Assembly (NCBI GenBank): GCA_963693055.1
Contig: OY843751.1
Location: 896,001 to 960,000 of the forward strand
DNA: 64,000 nt
DNA from: a bacterium
GTDB lineage: Bacteria > Zhuqueibacterota > Zhuqueibacteria > Residuimicrobiales > Krinioviventaceae
Direction: 5' to 3'
A program made the translations under genes and the position numbers. The notes under the pieces were generated by a model. The model saw only the letters and a list, made by a program, of their open reading frames with translations, had not been told where the DNA came from and did not search any database. Positions 27,329 through 37,379 of this stretch are shown here, piece after piece. The stretch's first letter is position 1. Every line of letters starts with the position of its first letter.

Positions 27329-28816
27329 ATGAAAAAACGGCTAAGAATATTATACTTGTCTTCTGAAGTAGCACCATTTGCTAAAACCGGTGGGCTTGCA
27401 GATGTTTCGAGCGCGTTACCCAAGGCACTATTGGAAATGGGGCATGATATCCGTGTAATGATGCCAAAATACGGAACTATTAGTGATCGCCGTTATGTGT
27501 TAAGAGAAGTTATTCGGTTAAAACAAATTAAAATTCAGATGGGAGAGACTGAGCATATAGCAAGTGCAAAATCTGCATTTATTCCGGATTCTAAAGTGCA
27601 GGTATATTTTATAGAGTATCCCCCGTATTATAATCGTGATGATTTGTATGTAGATCCCAAAACGAATAAAGATTTTCCCGATAATCCCGAGCGCTTTGCG
27701 TTATTTTGCAAGTCTGTATTGGAAACAATAAAGCTGCTGCATTGGGAGCCTCAAATTATACATTGTAATGACTGGCAGACGGCATTGATTCCCTGGTATT
27801 TAAAAAACGAATATAGTTCTGAATCTTTTGCGTCATCATGCCGCACAGTTTTATCAATCCATAATATGGCGTATCAGGGTGGTTTTTCAATGGATGCTCT
27901 GGAGCAGATGGGCGAATCTGGCATCACTGATGGTGCATTAGAAGATATTAAATATTTTGATGGTATCAATTTTCTCAAAGCCGGTATTTTAACAGCTGAT
28001 CGTATTACTACTGTTAGCCCGACTTATGCAAATGAAGTGTTGACAGATCCTGAGATTGGCGCGGGTATGCAGGAATTTCTGGAAAAACGCAAAGACAGTT
28101 TTGAAGGCATTTTGAACGGTGTAGATTATTCCGAATGGGATCCTGAAAAAGATGCTACTCTTGAACAAAAGTATACCAAAGAAGATCTTGATGGCAAGTT
28201 AGAAAATAAAAAATTATTGCTTGATAAATGTGAATTTAAAGGTGATCCTGAAAAACCACTTATTGGCATTGTGTCTCGTATTGCTGAGCAAAAAGGATTT
28301 GACCTTATTATTGATGCGGTAAAAGATATTGTTTCCGCAGATGCAAGAATGGTGATTCTGGGTACTGGCGATGAAAATTATCAAAAGCAACTTTCAGATA
28401 TTGCTTCAAAATATAAAAAGAATGTAGCGTTGTTTCTGACGTTTGATAATGATTTGGCACACCTGATAGAAGCTGGTAGTGATATTTTCCTCATGCCGTC
28501 ACGTTATGAGCCAAGTGGTTTGAACCAGATGTATAGCCTGAAATATGGCACCATTCCCGTAGTTAGAAAAACGGGTGGTTTGGCTGATAGTATTTCGGAT
28601 TATCAGAGTGATCCTGAAAATGGTAACGGATTTGTTTTCGAGTCTTATGATTCAGACGAGATGGTTAAGGCAATCAAAAGTGCTCTAGACGTTTATAAAG
28701 ACCAGAAGAAATGGAAAGATTTGATGGTACGTGCAATGAGTGCGGATTTCTCATGGCAGATAGCAGCAGATAAGTATATGAATTCGTATTCTCAGATCAT
28801 TCAATCCAAAAAATAA
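27329..28816 (+). CDS. glgA: Glycogen synthase (GT5)
   Basis: KTGGLADV, HCNDWQT, IHN.AYQG and MPSRYEPSGLNQMY motifs. Confidence 0.95.
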   Translation: MKKRLRILYLSSEVAPFAKTGGLADVSSALPKALLEMGHDIRVMMPKYGTISDRRYVLREVIRLKQIKIQMGETEHIASAKSAFIPDSKVQVYFIEYPPYYNRDDLYVDPKTNKDFPDNPERFALFCKSVLETIKLLHWEPQIIHCNDWQTALIPWYLKNEYSSESFASSCRTVLSIHNMAYQGGFSMDALEQMGESGITDGALEDIKYFDGINFLKAGILTADRITTVSPTYANEVLTDPEIGAGMQEFLEKRKDSFEGILNGVDYSEWDPEKDATLEQKYTKEDLDGKLENKKLLLDKCEFKGDPEKPLIGIVSRIAEQKGFDLIIDAVKDIVSADARMVILGTGDENYQKQLSDIASKYKKNVALFLTFDNDLAHLIEAGSDIFLMPSRYEPSGLNQMYSLKYGTIPVVRKTGGLADSISDYQSDPENGNGFVFESYDSDEMVKAIKSALDVYKDQKKWKDLMVRAMSADFSWQIAADKYMNSYSQIIQSKK

Positions 28817-28850
28817 TATAAATGAGCCGTTCCTATGACGAGTTTTCGTC

Positions 28851-28897
28851 TGTCTGTTATTGTTACAACTTGGGACACCTTGTTTCGAGCTTTAACA
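28851..28897. promoter_or_regulatory. Three phased TGT-N11-ACA boxes (candidate enhancer-binding-protein sites)
   Basis: TGTctgttattgttACA (28851-28867), TGTtacaacttgggACA (28861-28877) and TGTttcgagctttaACA (28881-28897), about 140-190 bp upstream of a sigma-54 site. Confidence 0.65.
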
Positions 28898-29038
28898 AAG
28901 ATTTCGATGTGGAGCGGCATTTTTATGCCTAAAGAATTTTTGATAATTTTTAGTTGTTCTAATAGGACATAAGTTTATTATAAACAATATGATTTTTATT
29001 TAAAAACAAAATAAACATATTGTAATATTGTACGTTAT

Positions 29039-29054
29039 TGGCACCAACTTTGCA
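29039..29054 (+). promoter_or_regulatory. Sigma-54 (-24/-12) promoter of the glycan locus
   Basis: TGGCAC-CAACT-TTGCA, consensus GG-N10-GC spacing, ending 48 bp before the STAS gene start. Confidence 0.85.
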
Positions 29055-29102
29055 AAATTAAAGCAAGTTTGGAATGTTAAGAGAATAATTTAAAGGTTTT
29101 GC

Positions 29103-29804
29103 ATGGAAGGCATTGAAAAAAGTGTACATAAAATTGGTGCGTTAAAAGATATTACACTTTTACGTGTTAAAGGGTATATTGACACAACCACATCACCTGA
29201 CTTGCAAAAAGCCATTGCAGAAGAAATGAGCCGTGGCAGCAATCAGTTTATTGTAGATTTGGGTGGAGTGCACTATGTCAGCAGCGCCGGTTGGGGTGTC
29301 TTTGTTGGTGAAATAAGGGGATTACGAGAGAGCGGTGGGGATTTAAAAATCACCCAGATGACTCCCGATGTGTATGAAGTATTTGAAATGCTCGAGTTTA
29401 ACCGCATTCTAACCAGTTATGATTCTCTGGAAGAGGCAATTGATGATTTTGATTTCTGCAGGGGTATTGCAATAAATGCTTCCTTTAATGGTGCGCAAGA
29501 CCAGGCTGAAGAAGCTCTGGTTGAAGAGTATCAGCCCAAGGCAGAAATGAATTCCGTTAACAAAAAGGTACCTTCATTTGCCAAACGCCAGCAGGAAGTG
29601 AACGATGCGGAACTTCCCGTTTCTGAAAAGATTAAAAAAATCATTGTTGATGACCCTATGATTGGATTTTGGGGTATTAAAAAACAACTGAACTCAGATC
29701 GGTTTGGATTTACAAAAATTGGTGCTTTTAAACTCAAAAGTATGCTAAAACGAATGGGACTGCAAAATAAATCGAAACGATATCGTTATTACCGTTCCAG
29801 ATAA
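29103..29804 (+). CDS. STAS (anti-sigma antagonist) domain protein with C-terminal HTH-like domain
   Basis: VKGYIDT...VDLGGVHYVSSAGWGVF...VYEVFEML STAS domain; basic helical C-terminus. Confidence 0.85.
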   Translation: MEGIEKSVHKIGALKDITLLRVKGYIDTTTSPDLQKAIAEEMSRGSNQFIVDLGGVHYVSSAGWGVFVGEIRGLRESGGDLKITQMTPDVYEVFEMLEFNRILTSYDSLEEAIDDFDFCRGIAINASFNGAQDQAEEALVEEYQPKAEMNSVNKKVPSFAKRQQEVNDAELPVSEKIKKIIVDDPMIGFWGIKKQLNSDRFGFTKIGAFKLKSMLKRMGLQNKSKRYRYYRSR

Positions 29805-29832
29805 ATCTTGGTATTCAACAAATGGTGGAGAA

Positions 29833-30579
29833 ATGACAACAGTGTTAAAAAAAATTATTCCTGTTTTATTCACGGTTTTCTTTTTGTCAACGACTTTACA
29901 CGCCCAGGAAGCTGAATTAGAGCCTTTTACCGGGCCGGATACTGATACAGAAGTGCAAATTGATCCTGAAGTTCGGTTTAATATTGATAATTATATTCTG
30001 GGTCCTGGTGATGCTATCCATTTGTATGTATATGACCGTGGAGCAGCTCCATCAAGAGATCAGTTTATTTCAAATTTTCACGACAAGATTTTTGTTATCA
30101 ACGGTTTTGGAGAAGTCGATTTCTTCACACTAGGTAAATTAAAAATTGCAGATTTGAGTAATGCTGAAATTACTTCACTAATGAATGAAACATTAAAGCC
30201 CTATGTGCATGAACCGATGATCATCGTTCGTCCGTTAATTCGTGTAACCATGCGTGGCGAGTTTTCACATCCGGGTATGTATCGCTTTAGCCTTGATACA
30301 ACAATTTGGGATATGATCCGGAAAACCGGTGGTCTTGTAGGCGGGTTAGATGGTGTATCTGCTCTTGAAAATATGTTTATCTTGCGTAAAGATGAAATTA
30401 TTTTCAAAGATTTTATTGACGCTGTTTACAGTGGAACTTCTATATATGAATTGGGTGTACAATCAGGAGATGAAATTGTTGTTCCACGTTCTAACAGGCC
30501 AACATTTAGAAGTATGCTTCAATATTTTCAATTTGGTATGAATTTGATCGTATTGTACTTGTCACTCATCAATCAATAA
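29833..30579 (+). CDS. Polysaccharide export protein, Wza/SLBB family
   Basis: YILGPGD Poly_export motif; VTMRGEFSHPGMY SLBB domain; VQSGDEIVVP; C-terminal amphipathic helix. Confidence 0.82.
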   Translation: MTTVLKKIIPVLFTVFFLSTTLHAQEAELEPFTGPDTDTEVQIDPEVRFNIDNYILGPGDAIHLYVYDRGAAPSRDQFISNFHDKIFVINGFGEVDFFTLGKLKIADLSNAEITSLMNETLKPYVHEPMIIVRPLIRVTMRGEFSHPGMYRFSLDTTIWDMIRKTGGLVGGLDGVSALENMFILRKDEIIFKDFIDAVYSGTSIYELGVQSGDEIVVPRSNRPTFRSMLQYFQFGMNLIVLYLSLINQ

Positions 30580-30597
30580 TATAATATAGAAATTATT

Positions 30598-32916
30598 ATG
30601 GAAGAATTTGATAATATACAACCGCTATTAGACCAGGAAGATGGGTCGCAAATTGATTTTCAAAAATACCTAAAAGGTGTTTGGAAAAGAAAATGGATTA
30701 TTGTTTTGTTGACCATTATTGTGTCCGTTCCTTTTTATTGGAATGCACTGAATCAGGTACCTATTTATAGAGCACGCGTTTTACTTCAGGTGCGTGATTT
30801 AGAGATGAATGACGGTCCTTTTTGGAATGACGAACGGTTAGGTGAAGTGAATAGCCGTGCTTTCAGAATCCGTCTGGCTTCCCGGTTAGGTATGGCAATT
30901 GTTTTGGAAGACAAGTCGATAAAAAATTATGATAAAGTTTTTAATCAGTATTCAACTTCCAATTCACCCCAAATGGGTAGATATGAAATTGCCATAAATG
31001 AGACAGGTGCCTATAACCTGGTATTTCAGGATTCTTTGGGAACAAGCATTGTAGATAGTGCTAATGTTTGGGATCTGGTAGCGGCATCGCGCTCTGTTAA
31101 TGGTATTACTTTTCAGTTGCAGCCCGATGTTGTTGAACTCCCCAAATCCATTCGATTCAAAGTGATCGGTATGGACATGGCAGTTCGAGAGTTGACAAGG
31201 GAGCTCAAGGTGTCTACATACAAAAAAGGTACCATTATGCAGCTCCAAATGGAAGGTGCTGATCCTGAAGCATTGCCATATAGATTGAACAGAATAGCCG
31301 CAGGTTATGTTGAAGAGAGTTTACGTCTTAAATCAAGAGGGGTAAATACAAAGCAGGATGTTTATGAGAAGCAGCTTGCAGCCGCAGAAGCCAAAGTAAA
31401 CCAGATTGAAGCGCAGTTACGAAGTTTTACTTCCAAATACCCCTTTTCTCTGGATCGTGAAGAGCAGCGCTTATTGGACAAGCTGACTGAATACGATCGT
31501 GCAGTTGATGAACTGCCACGTATTCGTACCCAATTGTCTGATTATCTTGATCGTTTGAATAAATCAGACCAGGAACCTGACCCTGAGCAATATCGTCGTT
31601 TTGTAATTAATGAAATTTTAAATAATGAAATTTTTGCTAATGAAACCAAAATGGCGTTACTGCGGCAGCAATTGCAAACCGAGCAAAGTCAATATGCCCG
31701 TTTACTTGATCAGTATTCTCCCAGCCATCCCGAAATTGCAGATATCAAAGAAAAAATAACTGATACACAGGAAGAGATTATAGAATTTACTTCCAATTAT
31801 CGCAATACTTTGGCAAAACGTGAATCCCGATATAGAACCGAACGTGAAGCTATACAGGCACAATTACAATCACTGCCGGCTGACCGTTATCGTTATATGG
31901 AGCTTGAGCGTAAAAAGAAAATTAATGAAGAACTTTATTCCTATCTGTTCCAGGAATTGCAGAAAATTGATATTTCAAATGCTGTTGAAGAAAGCGAAAT
32001 TCAGATTCTGGATCCGGCTATCAAACCCAGTAGACCCATTAATCCCAGTAAAATGTCACGCGTTTTGTTAGGTGGTGGCTTGGGCATGCTTTTGGGTATT
32101 ATTCTGTCTATTCTTTTGGAAGTGCTGGATAACAAGATCCGCACTTTTAACGATGTGGAAAAACAGCTCCGCTTGCCGGTTTTGGGAGCTATACCCATTG
32201 TAAAGTTTAAAGATATTGATGATTTTGAAGATTTTGAAAAGGCCAAACAAATTGACCGGCAATTGGTAACGCACGATTATTCTCCAACACCTATTGGAGA
32301 GTCTTATCGGGCATTGCGTACCCATTTAATGTTTTCAAAGCAAACTGGTAGAATTCACACGCTTTTGATTACCAGTATAAGTCCTGAAGAGGGCAAGTCA
32401 TTTACTGCCAGTAACCTTGCAATTATTCTCGCGCAGCAGCGTACCAATACCCTGCTTGTTGACGCAGATTTACGGCGAGGTGTTTTGCACAATACTTTTG
32501 GAATGAACAAGGAACCGGGTTTTACGAATTATCTGAACAATCGTGTTGCATTGTCCAGTGTTGTACAGCAAACCCATGTTCCGAATCTGTCGATCATCAG
32601 TTGTGGCTCCATGATCCCTAATCCTTCAGAATTGTTGGGATCACCGCAAATGAAACGCTTTCTGGATGAAGCAAGACGTAAATTTGACTTTATTTTATTT
32701 GACGCACCGCCATTGGAAGCCGCTACAGATGGTGTTGTAATAGGCACCCAGGTGGACGCTGTTGCCGTAGTAGTAAAGTCTGGCCAGACCAACCGTAAAG
32801 TGGCACAAGAAAAACTTGAAGTCTTTAATAATGTAAATGTGAACGTTATAGGAGTTGTGCTGAACGGAACAGAAAACGCATTGGTGAACGATACATATAG
32901 CTATTATCATTATTAA
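30598..32916 (+). CDS. wzc: Polysaccharide co-polymerase/tyrosine autokinase (Wzc-like)
   Basis: Two TMs with a periplasmic coiled coil; ESYRALRT, Walker A SPEEGKS, DADLRR, FDAPP and a C-terminal YSYYHY cluster. Confidence 0.92.
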   Translation: MEEFDNIQPLLDQEDGSQIDFQKYLKGVWKRKWIIVLLTIIVSVPFYWNALNQVPIYRARVLLQVRDLEMNDGPFWNDERLGEVNSRAFRIRLASRLGMAIVLEDKSIKNYDKVFNQYSTSNSPQMGRYEIAINETGAYNLVFQDSLGTSIVDSANVWDLVAASRSVNGITFQLQPDVVELPKSIRFKVIGMDMAVRELTRELKVSTYKKGTIMQLQMEGADPEALPYRLNRIAAGYVEESLRLKSRGVNTKQDVYEKQLAAAEAKVNQIEAQLRSFTSKYPFSLDREEQRLLDKLTEYDRAVDELPRIRTQLSDYLDRLNKSDQEPDPEQYRRFVINEILNNEIFANETKMALLRQQLQTEQSQYARLLDQYSPSHPEIADIKEKITDTQEEIIEFTSNYRNTLAKRESRYRTEREAIQAQLQSLPADRYRYMELERKKKINEELYSYLFQELQKIDISNAVEESEIQILDPAIKPSRPINPSKMSRVLLGGGLGMLLGIILSILLEVLDNKIRTFNDVEKQLRLPVLGAIPIVKFKDIDDFEDFEKAKQIDRQLVTHDYSPTPIGESYRALRTHLMFSKQTGRIHTLLITSISPEEGKSFTASNLAIILAQQRTNTLLVDADLRRGVLHNTFGMNKEPGFTNYLNNRVALSSVVQQTHVPNLSIISCGSMIPNPSELLGSPQMKRFLDEARRKFDFILFDAPPLEAATDGVVIGTQVDAVAVVVKSGQTNRKVAQEKLEVFNNVNVNVIGVVLNGTENALVNDTYSYYHY

Positions 32917-32937
32917 ATTTTCAATAAAGGAACACAA

Positions 32938-33885
32938 ATGAAGGTTTTGGTTACCGGAGGGGCTGGGTTTATTGGTTCTCATCTTGTTGAAAAGTTAATT
33001 GCCAATAATCATCAAATCGTATGTCTGGACAGTTTTAACGATTATTATGATCCTTCCATAAAACGAAATAATATTAAAGCTGCACTTAAAAGCAGTTCTT
33101 ATCAGCTTGTTGAAGGAGAAATTCTGGATAACGAGCTATTAACCCAATTGTTTAATGAACACTCGTTCGATATAATTGTCCACCTTGCCGCGCGCGCTGG
33201 CGTTCGTCCATCGATCCAGGAGCCCCTGCTCTATGAAAGAGTGAATGTACAAGGCACCATGAATCTGTTAGAACAGTGCAGAATACATGATATTAAAAAA
33301 TTTGTCTTTGCATCTTCTTCATCGGTTTACGGTGCAAATGAAAAAGTACCTTTTGCTGAAAGCGACAGTGTAGACAATCCCGTATCTCCTTACGCCGCCA
33401 CCAAAAAAGCGGGTGAGCTGGTTTGCTATACCTACCATCACTTGTACAATATATCTGTCAATTGTTTGCGCTTTTTTACGGTTTATGGACCAAGACAGCG
33501 TCCCGATATGGCTATTCACAAATTTGCGAAATTGATACATGAGGGCAAAACCATTCCTGTTTTTGCACATGGTAAAAGTAAACGTGATTACACCTATATT
33601 CAGGATATTATTCAAGGCATAACCGGTGCCATGGAAAATTGCAATGGTTATGGAATTTACAATTTAGGCGAGTCTAATACTGTTGAATTGATGTATCTTA
33701 TCGATTTGATTCAGAATAATTTGGGGATAAAAGCAAATTTAGAGTTTATGCCGGCACAGCCCGGAGACGTACCCATCACTTATGCAGATATCAGCAAGGC
33801 CGGAAAGGAATTGGATTATAAACCCAATGTCCAGATTGAGGAGGGGATAGAGCTGTTTGTGCGGTGGTTTAAAGAGGTTTATTAG
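32938..33885 (+). CDS. NAD-dependent nucleotide-sugar epimerase (UDP-glucuronate 4-epimerase-like)
   Basis: TGGAGFIG, HLAARAGVR, YAATK and RFFTVYGPRQRPDMA motifs. Confidence 0.9.
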   Translation: MKVLVTGGAGFIGSHLVEKLIANNHQIVCLDSFNDYYDPSIKRNNIKAALKSSSYQLVEGEILDNELLTQLFNEHSFDIIVHLAARAGVRPSIQEPLLYERVNVQGTMNLLEQCRIHDIKKFVFASSSSVYGANEKVPFAESDSVDNPVSPYAATKKAGELVCYTYHHLYNISVNCLRFFTVYGPRQRPDMAIHKFAKLIHEGKTIPVFAHGKSKRDYTYIQDIIQGITGAMENCNGYGIYNLGESNTVELMYLIDLIQNNLGIKANLEFMPAQPGDVPITYADISKAGKELDYKPNVQIEEGIELFVRWFKEVY

Positions 33886-33911
33886 GTATTTAATATTTTT
33901 GGGCAAGTTGT

Positions 33912-35369
33912 ATGGTCTCTGAAAAGGAAAGATTTCTCGGAAATGTAATGAAGGTCATAGATTTTTTTGTCCTTCTTTTAGCTTTCCCCATAGCATATTT
34001 TCTGGATGAATTTATCCGAGATATTGCAAATCTGAGCATTAAAGCTTATGCGGATAGTGCCACTTGGACCGGATTTTTAAATTACGCCGAAAATTATTGG
34101 ATGATGTTTCTCGGCTTTCCTTTGATTTGGGTAATCATTCTATCCATTTATGGTTTATACCAAGGCTACAGGACCCGCTCATTTGCAAGAATGATGGGGC
34201 TTGTTGTTATATCTGGTTTGTGGGCCACCTTGGCTTCAGGTAACTTTGTGTTTTTAATGAAGCTTGAAATGACCAGTCGTCTGTTCTTTGGTGTTTATGC
34301 AACCACAGCTTATATATTGATCCTGCTTGACAAGCTGGCCATTATAAAAATCATGGATAATGCGCATTCTAAAGGATATAATCAGGAGAATCTGCTCATT
34401 GTTGGAACCGGACAGCGGGCTTTGGAATTTATTGAAGCTGTTCAACAGCATTCCACATGGGGGCTCAATATAGTCGGACTGATTGATGATGACCATGAGC
34501 TTTATGGAAAAGAAATTAACGGATATCGTGTCATTGGCAAGATTAAAGATATTCCGTTTATTATCAATCAAATTGTTATTGACAGGGTGATTTTTGTTGT
34601 GCCCCGTCACTGGCTGCCTTTAATCGAGGAAGCAATTCTAGCCTGTGAAGAAGTAGGAATCAATACTTCGTTATCTCTGGACTTTTACAATTTAAACTTT
34701 GCCCGTACCAAACTGTCAGATTTTAATGGATTTCCGCTGGTAGAGTTTCAGACATTTCAGGCGAAAGAATGGCAATTGTTTATAAAACGCATGATTGATA
34801 TTTTTGTATCTGCAACTGTTCTGCTTATCATGTCGCCGATTTTGTTGCTTATTGCATTACTTATAAAATTAACATCACCCGGCCCTGTTTTTTTCAAACA
34901 GGAACGCAGCGGCTTAAAAGGCCGCAAGTTTACTTTATACAAGTTCCGGTCTATGGTGGTAAATGCTGAAGAAATTAAAGAAGAACTGATGGATCAGAAC
35001 GAAATGGATGGTCCGGTTTTTAAAATTAAAAAAGATCCCCGTATTACGCTTGTTGGGGCATTCATTCGTAAAACCAGCTTGGATGAATATCCACAGTTGT
35101 TGAATGTTTTAAAAGGGGATATGAGTATTGTGGGGCCGCGTCCCCCAATACCCAGTGAAGTTGATAATTACCAGATCTGGCAGCGTAGACGTTTGAGTTT
35201 AAAACCCGGTATTACCTGTATATGGCAGGTTAGCGGAAGAAACAAACTCTCTTTTGATCAGTGGATGAAAATGGATCTGGAATATATAGATAGTTGGTCT
35301 TTGCTGCTTGATATGAAAATATTATTTCGTACTTTTTTTGTAGTATTGAGTGGGTATGGCGCGGAATGA
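33912..35369 (+). CDS. Priming polyprenyl glycosylphosphotransferase (WcaJ/WbaP type)
   Basis: N-terminal TMs; [29 protein letters not shown] and KPGIT motifs. Confidence 0.93.
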   Translation: MVSEKERFLGNVMKVIDFFVLLLAFPIAYFLDEFIRDIANLSIKAYADSATWTGFLNYAENYWMMFLGFPLIWVIILSIYGLYQGYRTRSFARMMGLVVISGLWATLASGNFVFLMKLEMTSRLFFGVYATTAYILILLDKLAIIKIMDNAHSKGYNQENLLIVGTGQRALEFIEAVQQHSTWGLNIVGLIDDDHELYGKEINGYRVIGKIKDIPFIINQIVIDRVIFVVPRHWLPLIEEAILACEEVGINTSLSLDFYNLNFARTKLSDFNGFPLVEFQTFQAKEWQLFIKRMIDIFVSATVLLIMSPILLLIALLIKLTSPGPVFFKQERSGLKGRKFTLYKFRSMVVNAEEIKEELMDQNEMDGPVFKIKKDPRITLVGAFIRKTSLDEYPQLLNVLKGDMSIVGPRPPIPSEVDNYQIWQRRRLSLKPGITCIWQVSGRNKLSFDQWMKMDLEYIDSWSLLLDMKILFRTFFVVLSGYGAE

Positions 35370-35399
35370 TCATACAGAGATTTTGAAAGCATAATACAA

Positions 35400-36617
35400 A
35401 TGACAACTCTAATTAAAGATAATAATCCCAAAAAGTTAAAGATATTAATGCTGGCGCCACAGCCCTGGTTCCAACCCAGAGGCACGCCTTTTAGTGTATT
35501 ACATAGAATTAAAGCGCTTTCTACATTGGGACATAAAGTTGACCTTTTAACTTATCATATCGGCCAGGATATCCCAATTGATGGTTTGACGATTCATCGT
35601 TCCACCCGGATCCCTTTTGTGAAAAAGATCAAAGTTGGTCCTTCAAAAACCAAATTGTTTCTTGATGTGTTTATGGTATTTCATACATTGCGTTTATTGA
35701 TCAAAAATAAATATGATCTTGTACATACGCATGAAGAAGCCAGTTTTTGGGGGGCACTTTTTGCAAAAATGTTCAAAGTCCCTCATTTGTATGATATGCA
35801 CTCATCTTTACCGCAACAGTTGATTAATTTTAAATTTACCAGTTTTAAACCTATTCTCAGTGTATTTGACTGGCTGGAGAGATACACCATTCGCAATGCA
35901 AAATCAGTTATAACTATCTGTCCTGAATTGCAATATTATGTTGAAGAACATTTCCCCGAAAAGCCAAGTCTTTTGATTGAAAATGTTGCGGATAATAGCA
36001 TTGTTTTTCCTCCGGATATGCAGATTAAGGAAGAGCTGCGAGAAAAGTATGGATTAATCGATAAACGCATTGTACTGTATTATGGTACATTTGAACCTTA
36101 TCAGGGGCTTGATCTGTTTATCAAAAGCGCCAAGCATGTTATTGATATTATGGGAAGCGATGTCCGTTTTGTACTGGTAGGGGGGCACGAAGAGCAAAAC
36201 CGAAAATACAAAGATCTTGTAGAGAATTTGGGTTTAGCTCCCTGGTTTGTTTTTACCGGATTTGTACAGCCCCAGGTAATACCCGCGTTTGTGGATATAG
36301 CAGAAGTGCTGGTTTCGCCAAGGTTAAAGGGCAACAATTCACCCTTGAAAATATATTCTTATCTTCGTTCCGGCAAGCCCATTGTGGCAACGCGGCATAT
36401 AACACATACACAAATTCTTGATGATTCGGTTTCAGTACTTACAGAAACCGATCCTGAAAGTTTTGCCAAAGGTATTGTAGGCATCATGAATGATGCAGAC
36501 CGCAAAGCAGAGATGGTATCGTTGGCAAGAAAACTGGCAGATGAAAAGTACAGTTATGAAGATTATTTGAAAAAAACTGATAAAGTTATAAAATTGGCCC
36601 TGAATGGCACATATTGA
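35400..36617 (+). CDS. Glycosyltransferase family 4
   Basis: GT-B fold motifs APQPWFQPRGTP, YYGTFEPYQG and PLKIYSYLRSGKPIVAT. Confidence 0.88.
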   Translation: MTTLIKDNNPKKLKILMLAPQPWFQPRGTPFSVLHRIKALSTLGHKVDLLTYHIGQDIPIDGLTIHRSTRIPFVKKIKVGPSKTKLFLDVFMVFHTLRLLIKNKYDLVHTHEEASFWGALFAKMFKVPHLYDMHSSLPQQLINFKFTSFKPILSVFDWLERYTIRNAKSVITICPELQYYVEEHFPEKPSLLIENVADNSIVFPPDMQIKEELREKYGLIDKRIVLYYGTFEPYQGLDLFIKSAKHVIDIMGSDVRFVLVGGHEEQNRKYKDLVENLGLAPWFVFTGFVQPQVIPAFVDIAEVLVSPRLKGNNSPLKIYSYLRSGKPIVATRHITHTQILDDSVSVLTETDPESFAKGIVGIMNDADRKAEMVSLARKLADEKYSYEDYLKKTDKVIKLALNGTY

Positions 36618-36623
36618 TATGAG

Positions 36624-37379
36624 GTGGGTTTGAGTAAATTATCAAAAAAACATTATAGCTATTCCCTTTATGCAGACAAGAAATTTGCAAGTGATTATGA
36701 GCAGGACCGATTTGGCAAGGGATTTGGGACGTTCTTAAAAAGTTATGAAATTGAATTATATACCAAATTATTGCCAAAATTTGACCGTATGTTGGATGTA
36801 GGGGCAGGTACGGGTAAAATTGCTGCTAAATTTGCAAAACGCGGGCGCGTAGTGGCAAGTGATGCTTCGTTCGAGATGTTGAAAAATGCTCGGGATTTAG
36901 CCAAAGAAGATCATATCTATTTTGATGTTGTTGTTTGCGATGCACATCATCTTTGTTTTAAAGATGGGGCATTTGATGCTGTAGTTTCTTCCCGGGTTTT
37001 GATGCATGTAATCGACTGGAAACTCATGATCAAGGAGTTGTGCAGGGTGTCATCAAATGCGGTTTGTCTTGATTTCCCCGCGTATTGGAGTTTTTCAATT
37101 TTTGAACGTATTATGAGAAAGCTTGCCCGGATCCTTATTCCACGTGTTCAGAGTTACCGTGGATTCGCATCCAAAACCGTTGCCAATGAGTTTATGGCGC
37201 TTGATTTTGAACCGATTGTAAAGTTGAAAAGTTTTTTCCTGCCTGTAGCTGTTTACAGGCTTGTTAACGCTCCCCGAATGACTTTTAAATTAGAGCGGTT
37301 TTGGGGAAAACTGGGATTCACCCGATTTTTTGGAAATCCTGTAACCTATAGATTCGATAAAAAAGTAGGGGATGCATGA
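36624..37379 (+). CDS. Class I SAM-dependent methyltransferase
   Basis: LDVGAGTG, DAHHLCFKDGAFD and ELCRV motifs. Confidence 0.88.
   Translation: MGLSKLSKKHYSYSLYADKKFASDYEQDRFGKGFGTFLKSYEIELYTKLLPKFDRMLDVGAGTGKIAAKFAKRGRVVASDASFEMLKNARDLAKEDHIYFDVVVCDAHHLCFKDGAFDAVVSSRVLMHVIDWKLMIKELCRVSSNAVCLDFPAYWSFSIFERIMRKLARILIPRVQSYRGFASKTVANEFMALDFEPIVKLKSFFLPVAVYRLVNAPRMTFKLERFWGKLGFTRFFGNPVTYRFDKKVGDA

Noticed and set aside
28820-28924. Assignment of the structured region to SRP, 6S or hammerhead RNA
   Set aside because: Lacks the SRP domain IV motif and the CUGANGA/GAAA core, and is too short for 6S RNA.
29613-29804. IS remnant
   Set aside because: Only an in-frame HTH-like segment; no DDE domain, terminal repeats or target duplication.
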